A stretch of DNA of 64,000 bases, taken from contig CAUYUJ010000062.1 of NCBI GenBank assembly GCA_963575745.1, forward strand, positions 1 to 64,000, written 5' to 3'. The stretch comes from Prorocentrum cordatum. Taxonomy: Eukaryota. Shown here one piece after another: positions 56,301-64,000 of the stretch; positions within the stretch are counted from its first letter, which is position 1; each line of letters opens with the position of its first letter. Position numbers and translations under genes: made by a program. Below the pieces are notes generated by a model. That model was given only the letters and a program-made list of their open reading frames with translations. It was not told the origin of the DNA and ran no database searches.

Positions 56301-57887
56301 GCTGGGACATGACGGACCCTTTCACGATGACGGACGACAGAGGGGTGCAGATTCCCCTCCTGCTTACCTCCCCTGCCCTCTTGAAGAGATGTTTAAAGAG
56401 CGCGGTTTTACGGGATTTAGAAATCGAGGCTGGAAACAGGTACCTTGGTGGGACCCGCCTCTGTTTTGATTTGGCCGACGCGGCCCTGGCGCCATCCAAG
56501 TTTTCCCGCAAAGAAAAAGGCGCCATCAAAGCCCTCGTTTGTCAGGCTGTGTAGCCGCTTAGCCGTGCAGCCGCCCTCGGCTACTGCGTAGATGACGAGT
56601 GCTTTCTGCGTGGCCAGGTCGGAGACACTATCTTGCACAGGCTTTGGTTTTGCCCTGAATGCGAGGAAGATCGAGTGGAGATCGTTGGTGAGCGTCTCCT
56701 CGCCAAGATCCGTGCGGAGCTCGCGGCTGATCCCAGTCTGAGCTTTAAGTTGGCCTGCGAGACGGGCCTTTTTCCCGCACCCGTCCTTGTGGGCCCCTGG
56801 TCCCCTGTCACAGGAACAAGCCCTGGACAGCGTCGTTTTCCAGGTCTTCCCCGAAGCGCACCTGGCCGAGGGGTCACCAGTTCCTTCCGAGGGGGAGAGG
56901 GCTCTTGGAGGGGACATTTACACGGACGGCTCTTGTTTGCGGTCATCGATCAAGGATCTTTCCCGCTCGGGGTGGGGAGTTGTGAGTCTTGGTCCTTCGG
57001 GTAAGATCCTTGCTCAGATGCACGGTGCGCTGGGCAGCTTCTTTCCCCAGACGTCTGTCGCTGCGGAGTTTGCGGCGCCAACGAGTGCCGCCAGTCTCCT
57101 TTCCAGTGCCTCGGACATTTTCAGCGACTGTGCCGCTGTCGTGGGAGAATACAGTAAGTCTTTTGTCAATTGCCTTTCAGCCAATCGGCCCTACAGTGGG
57201 TTGGTTATGCAGAGCTATGCGCACGCCAATAGCATGCTGCGCTCGGTCCAGAAGGTCAAGGCCCACAGGGCGGATGACCCTGATCTTTCGGACCTGGAGC
57301 GTCGGCACATTGTTGGGAATAACGCGGCCGACATGGCGGCTAAAGCAGGTGCGCGGTTGCATGTAGATTTGAATTCTGACGATCGCGAGAATCTCGATCA
57401 CGCGATCCGCACGGCTAAGGCCGTCTTCAAATTAGCTGCCAAATTGCTCGAGCGCTGGCTTAAGACCAACCTCGAAGGTGTGCCTCGTGCGGAAGCTCCG
57501 CCGAGAATACCCAACCCCGCCAGCCCTCCACATGTGTGGGCCTGGGTAGGTCGATTTTGGTCATGTCCGAACTGCTTGCGCTGTTCGCGCAAGCAGGTGA
57601 AGCCCGCCCCTGGAGTGTGCACACGCCAGCTCCGAATCGACCCTGTCGAATTGCGTGCTCTCGGACACAGCTGCATAGTGATTGACTTTGATGACCACAG
57701 TTTTGCCTGTGTGTGTCGCGCCTGTCACGCTTTCAGCACGGGAGGGCAGCTGCGACGCTTGTCTAAGACATGCGTCGGCCACCCTCCTGACCGCAGCGAG
57801 GTCTTTTCGCGGCTCAGCAAGGGGCTCCATCCTGACCACAAGAGGAAAGGGGCCAGAGCTGACTGCGAAACTATTTGCCCCATTTAG
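53365..57887 (+). pseudogene. Element B ORF2: APE - RT - Cys motif - RNase H - C-terminal Cys domain (several frameshifts, one stop)
   Basis: APE: VETVNGNAW, YGVAILAR, SSLYL, MGGDFN, CYDFF, HPHLPV. RT: AVGLDG, PKSVPGFRPIG, KYYEQI, GVTAGCS, YIDD, NLG. Cys motif: LHRLWFCPEC. RNase H: YTDGSC, QTSVAAEF, FSDC, KVKAH, GNNAAD. C-terminal CPNC..C and CVCRACH. Breaks near 53350, 53450-53500, 54395, 55140, 55315 and 56815, plus TAG at 56552. Confidence 0.9.
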
Positions 57888-58139
57888 TTGGGGTCTGAGG
57901 CAGTGGATGTCAAAATCCTCCTCCTCCTCCTCCTCCTCCTCCTCCTCCTCCTCCTCCTCCTCCTCCTCCTCCTCCTCCTCCTCCTCCTCCTCTTGGGGCG
58001 GTCTGGTGAGGCAGGCCGGTCCGCGCGGAGCTCCGTGGGGCGAGACGCCGATGTGCAGGGGCCGCGCTGGGCTCGGGAGGGGTGCTCCGGTCCTCGGGCC
58101 GAGGCTCGCCGTGGCCAGGGGTCAGGGAGGAAAAAAACA

Positions 58140-58360
58140 TATATTTCCTGGGAATCGACGATTAATTGTGGGTCTGGTCGAGAGCGAGCCATATGTTCCT
58201 GGGGTCAGGGAGGAAAAAACACACTTTTTTGGTCTGTGGGTCGAGAGCGAGCCATATGTTCCTGGTGTCAGGGAAGAAAAAACACACTTTTTTGGTCTGC
58301 GGGTCGAGAGCGAGCCATATGTTCTCGGGAATCGACGATTGATTGTGTCCGTGTGTTTTT
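58140..58360 (+). repeat. Short ~60-bp tandem repeat
   Basis: GGTCGAGAGCGAGCCATATGTT occurs three times. Confidence 0.8.
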
Positions 58361-61300
58361 TCTCCTCCGGAAACACTCCCGAAGGGTGGCCGTGTAGGTG
58401 CCCGTCGGTCGGAAGTGGGTGAAAACATGAACCAGGAAGGCGGATAGAGCACATTGGCTCCAGGCCCCCCCCAGAGTATAACTTGTTTTGGTCTGCGGGT
58501 CGAGAGCGAGCCTCTTCCGGTTCAGAGCTAGGCGGGCCGCGCAAAGCACTAATTGGGGATTGGGGAGACAGGGCGCGGGCGGGCGGGAGGGCGCGGGGTG
58601 CAGGCGGTGTTGAGGAGCTTGCACAGGAAAAGGAATGCCTTGGACAGGAGCCGGAGGCGAAGGAAAGAAAAAGGAAAGAAAAAGGAAGGAAACAAAACAC
58701 ACAGACACAATTCATCGTCGATCCCCCAGAAAGTATAGGAAAATATGGGGAGTGGGGGGGGAGACGAAGATCAACAAAATATGGAAAATATGGGGAATAT
58801 TTTTATTTGTGCGTATTTATTTGTGTGTCCCAGGGCCCCTTCAAGGAGAGCCCTTTCGAGCCTTGCTCGGCGCTGCTTGCTGGTAGCATCGGGGGCGGCC
58901 AAGGGGGTGGTGATGTTCGGTAGCAAGTCATCAAGCGATCACAAACATGGATCAGGTGGGCGTGGATTAGTGACGGGCCCCGTTTCCATTGGAAATCGCG
59001 GGTTTCCACCGCCGAGCGAGGCGGCACCGGCCGCATTTGGGGGAGGGCACCTCCCCCGATCCATGGATTTAGCGACCGCGCGCCAAATCCGTGAGTCGCT
59101 AATCCATGTTTGCGCGCCCCCGAAAGAGGGGGACGATGTTCGGAAGCAAGTCATGGGAGCCTTGTGTACCCTCCTGATTCCGTCTGTAGCGTCGATGAGC
59201 GTCTGGGAGTCGGTGAGATAGCGCCGATTTAGAGTCGGCTAGCGTCGATTTAGCGCTGATGAGCCGATGAGCATCGATTTAGGGTCGACGAGCGTCGATT
59301 CGCAGGAGCCGACAAGATGGTATGGGAGGCTCCCATGAGTTGCCACCGAAGGTGGTGCTGGTGCTAGTGATGACAGCCGGCTGCACTGCGAAGGGTGGTC
59401 GCAGTCTCCAGCTCGTTTCGAATTCCCCCAAGTCTCACTATGGACCTCACCGGAAACAATTCGGACACGATCGGGCCACAATCATGCAAGGAAACATGAT
59501 CGGGAACACACCATCGAGGGCACCGTCGAAAAAACACCAGGACACCAAAGGGGCACCAATCTGGGCACCGACGTGACACAAACAGGACACCAACGGGACA
59601 CCAACACGGCGGGACACCCCCAGCCACGCCGGCCCACCGGAGGGGCGCTCTTTTGTCTTGCCCCGCCCCAGCCACGGCGGGGTCCTTCCTCTCGCCCGCC
59701 CACGCAGCTTCGCCTCGCCCGCACGCACGACACGAGCCCGAAACCGAAACCGATTTCCCGGAGGGGGGCTCTCCGTTCCACTTCGATCTGACCCCCCAGC
59801 CTCCGATCCACGGCGTTGCGGGTGCGGGCCCTTGGGCCGCGAACCCATGGACGGGAGGCGCATTTTCGCGGGCGCCCCGCGCGGAAGGTGTCCGTGCGAC
59901 CGCGTATTCACGAGTTCACGCCCCGGAATCCATACTGCGCGGGCTCCTTGAGATCCGACGTCACCCAAAAACGAGTACATTGTAATGAAAATTCGACCGC
60001 AGCCTCGGGCCCCATCTTTCTTCTGCATTTGTCGGACTTTGGGCCCGAAACGAAACCAAAAGACCCGTTGTGAAAAAGTGCAACGCCTGGATCTGAGGGG
60101 TGTCCCTGCGACCGCATATCCCTTGGATCCCGCTCCAGAATCCAGACCGCGAGGGCGGGGGTGGATACGGATACCGATACATCCGGGGTCTTCATGTTCT
60201 CAATACCCGTCGGTCGTTGAAAGTAGGTAAGTTTGGGATGCCCAAGTCCCAATCTACTTCAGGACGTCTTCCTACTGTAAGAGTCGAGCTGCCCTCCTTT
60301 CCGGGGGGCGGGCGGAAGCCCAATCTACCTCCAACCCTTTCCTACTTCATGGTTCTACCCACTTCTTCCGACCGACGGGTACCGATGCATCCGACGTGTT
60401 GATTCTTTCCATGCGCGGTCCCCGGGAGCCCCGACCCCATCCCCAGGACCAGCATTCACCCCGCGGGCCGCCCTTGGACAGTCTACGGAAGCCAGGAGGG
60501 CTCCGCCTGAGGTTAAGTCGGGCTTGTCCCTCTACAGGGGGAATATTCAAAGATTGTCCAAAGATAGTCTGGGGACGATTTTGTTATTGTCATGTTGGAG
60601 CATGTTTGGAGCATGTTTAGAGGATTCTTATTTTTTCGTCCAAAATCCCCCTGCATGGGGGACAGGCCCGACCTAACCCTGAGGCCGAAAACCGGGGAAA
60701 GCATCGGCCATGTCCGTTTCGGCACGTGGGGGGTCCGGATCTCCGGGGGCCCCGCTCGCTCGCTTATCGCAGCCCCGAATCATCAGGGCCGGGGGCGGCC
60801 AGGGATAGCTGCAGGTTCGCGCCTCGGGGGCCCAAGCCGGAGTTGCCCCAGACCGCCGTTATTCGGGGCTGGACAGAACCCCCAACAGTGACACGTCGAT
60901 TAGTGAATTCTCCGTTTTCGGTTCTCGAGAGGGCGCCGTGGCCGTCATTTTCCAGGCTTGCGCCCGCCAGGTTTGGGCCTCAGGTCGTTTTCACTAAACC
61001 ACGTTTTGCTAAACGGGGGTCTGTCCATCCCCGAGTTATCCCAGACAGTTTGGGCTCGCCTGCTCACCCTCGATCCGCATGAGCGACGCAACAGAGCGGC
61101 GTCGTTTGCGCCGACATTGGCGCGTAAGCTGCCCGCGTAAGGCCGCGCGTATGCGCCCTCGTCTCCAGTGGCCTGCCGCGCCGGCGGCCCGCGTAAGCCG
61201 TGGCGTAAGGTCGCCATGTCATCCCGCGCAAGACCCGTTTCTTTTCGCCGCCCATGTCGGAGGTTTGGATCTCTGGGGGCCCGCTTGCGTGCTGTACCTC

Positions 61301-62296
61301 GATTCATATGGGCTTCGGATTCTAATGCGGGTCTCTAGCGGCCGCTCGGGACATTCGGGCACCCCCGGAACGCCCTCGGCGAGGCGCAGGTGCTGGAATG
61401 CATCCCGAGGCTGGCAAGCCGCCGAGAACCAACGGAAACGCCCGAAAACCTCGAGCATCGGCCTCGAAACTTTCTCTGCCTTGACATCATGACCCGGGAG
61501 TTTTCGCCCCGGATCAGTTTTTTATGGCCCTGCATCAGTTTCTTATGGCCCTGGATCAGTTTGTCAGTACCTTTTCGCCCCGGATCAGTTTTTTATGGCC
61601 CTGGGCCCCCTGGAGCTGAACCCATCCCGAGCGCCGAAGTCCAGGAAAAAACGCTGGGAGAAAAATGGTTCACTGCGTGGAGCTCCCCAGATGTGCATCT
61701 ATTCGCATGGACCTGTCCGCCGTGAGTTGTGACGGTCTGGTCATGGATCCAACTTCGAACGGATTGGAGCGTGAATGAGTCTCGGTAGTACGAGCGCGTC
61801 TCTGCGCATGAGCTTGGGGCCTCCTGCGGCCTCCTGAAACCTCCTGGGGCTCCCTGGGACCTCCAGGACCCTCTTGGGGCCTCCTGGGGCCTCTTGGGGC
61901 TTCGAGTGGCCTCCTGAAGCCTCCTGCAGCCTCGCGTAGCCTCCTGGAGCCTCCTGGAGCCTCCTGGGACCTCCTAGGGAGGAGTCGTGTCCCAGGAGAA
62001 GGGCAGTCTAAAGGAGCACACGCAAAACACCAAGGACTCGTGCCCCAGGGGAGACCCAACCTGTAGGAACAGACGTAAAACATGCAGGATTGCATACACA
62101 GGAGAAGCACGATCTATATATATATATATATATATATATATGTCGAAACATACGTATAGCATCAAGATCGAGACATCCTCAAAATATGGCCCTCCTGGGG
62201 TGCGAAAATGAGCGCCTCGCTCGAGACATCCTCCAAATCTGCTCCGAAAGCGGAAGATGTCGGGAACCGAAACAGGCAAACCGCTTGAGACATCCC

Positions 62297-62396
62297 NNNN
62301 NNNNNNNNNNNNNNNNNNNNNNNNNNNNNNNNNNNNNNNNNNNNNNNNNNNNNNNNNNNNNNNNNNNNNNNNNNNNNNNNNNNNNNNNNNNNNNNN
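62297..62396. other. Assembly gap (100 N)
   Basis: Run of N. Confidence 1.
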
Positions 62397-62418
62397 CTAC
62401 TACTACTACTACTACTAT

Positions 62419-62478
<60 letters not shown>

Positions 62479-62616
62479 GACTACGGCTACGACTACGACT
62501 ACTACGGCTACGACTACGTTTACGATTACGACCACCCTTTCTACTACTAATACCGCTACATGCGAGGCTACGTTTACTATGACTACGATTATTCTTGCTA
62601 CTATTACTACGATTAT

Positions 62617-62661
<45 letters not shown>

Positions 62662-62669
62662 GACTACGC

Positions 62670-62728
<59 letters not shown>

Positions 62729-62815
62729 GCTGCGACTACAATTACTACTACCACTACTACGACTAATACTACTACTACTACTACTACTACGACTACTATC
62801 ACTACTACTATCTAT

Positions 62816-62857
<42 letters not shown>

Positions 62858-62900
62858 CACTACTACGCGTACTACTACGATTACTACGACTACGTCTACG

Positions 62901-62943
<43 letters not shown>

Positions 62944-63032
62944 GTACTACTAGTACTAGTACTATTACTACTACGGTAACTATTACGATTACGAATACTG
63001 CGACTACTACCACCACCACCACCACCTCCACC

Positions 63033-63084
<52 letters not shown>

Positions 63085-63086
63085 GA

Positions 63087-63155
<69 letters not shown>

Positions 63156-63213
63156 AACTACTACTACTACTACGACTACTACTACTACTACTATTACTAC
63201 TACTACTACTACT

Positions 63214-63299
<86 letters not shown>

Positions 63300-63305
63300 G
63301 ACTAT

Positions 63306-63343
<38 letters not shown>

Positions 63344-63377
63344 CTACTACTACTACTATTTCTACTACTACTACTAT

Positions 63378-63440
<63 letters not shown>

Positions 63441-63461
63441 AACTATTTCTACTACTACTAT

Positions 63462-63504
<43 letters not shown>

Positions 63505-63530
63505 GCTACTGCTACGATTACTCGTTGCAG
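62397..63530. repeat. (CTA)n microsatellite next to an assembly gap
   Basis: Direct inspection. Confidence 0.95.
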
Positions 63531-64000
63531 TAGTAGTAGTCGTAGAATGTGTGGTAGCAGGTGCGGCGTTGCTGTCGCAATTGCAGTCGCAGGTGTTGCT
63601 ACTAATAACAATAGAATGAAAGGTACGAGTAATAATGCATGTCGCCGCAATAGCGCTACTACAAATAATTATAATAGTGATGACCATCGTAATAACAATA
63701 CGAATAAGAATAAGATCGAAGACGCCTACGGCGAATCACCGCCGCCCCCTGTCTATTGGGATCGCCCATGTGGCCGAGCGTTGTGGCAAGGACTCTGCCA
63801 AGCTATCGGATCCCCCCAGCCGTTCTGGAGACCCTTCGGACAACACTTGGCGGAGGACGGCGGGAAAATCAGGAGGAGGAGGAGGAGAGGGCATTTGAGG
63901 AGCCTATGGGGGGCACTCGGGGCCTCCTGGGAGTTTCCTGGGAGCCTCTCGGAGGCACCTTGGTGGCCTCCTTGGGCCATCTTGGGGGCCTTTGTGGGCT

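Larger units (their letters stand above)
51655..57915 (+). mobile_element. Full-length non-LTR retrotransposon (element B), divergent from A, flanked by (CCT)n
   Basis: Begins after (CCT)n 51476-51654 and ends ...GGATGTCAAAA followed by (TCC)n 57916-57991. ORF1 plus APE-RT-RNase H ORF2. Confidence 0.92.

Noticed and set aside
44957..57915. LTR retrotransposon or retroviral interpretation of the RT-RNase H ORFs
   Set aside because: No LTRs, protease or integrase. An N-terminal APE endonuclease and a 5'-truncated copy indicate non-LTR elements.
62090..63687. Poly-T/Y/L/V/S ORFs
   Set aside because: (CTA)n microsatellite next to an N gap.

Overview
GC-rich eukaryotic genomic DNA, almost certainly from a dinoflagellate. 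The evidence is an exact 22-nt dinoflagellate spliced leader at 44957-44978, GC/GA splice donors and AG|G acceptors. Most listed ORFs are artefacts of (CCT)n/(GGA)n, (CCG)n and (TAG)n microsatellites. The real content is threefold. (1) A + strand host gene broken into about 18 short exons over more than 40 kb, encoding three FHA domains, with short direct repeats at many splice junctions. (2) Three non-LTR retrotransposons (APE endonuclease, RT, Cys motif, RNase H, C-terminal Cys/His domain), all on the + strand and all bounded on both sides by (CCT)n. One is 5'-truncated and decayed (29986-34198). Two are full-length, divergent and head-to-tail (44957-51475 and about 51655-57915). (3) Many MITE-like foldback elements and satellites. 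The best candidate for an undescribed system is the retroelement group. It appears to target (CCT)n, one copy begins exactly with the trans-spliced leader, there is no poly(A) tail, and in both full-length copies an ATG-initiated +1 frame stays open across essentially all of ORF1 toward the endonuclease. All calls were made by eye, with no database search.
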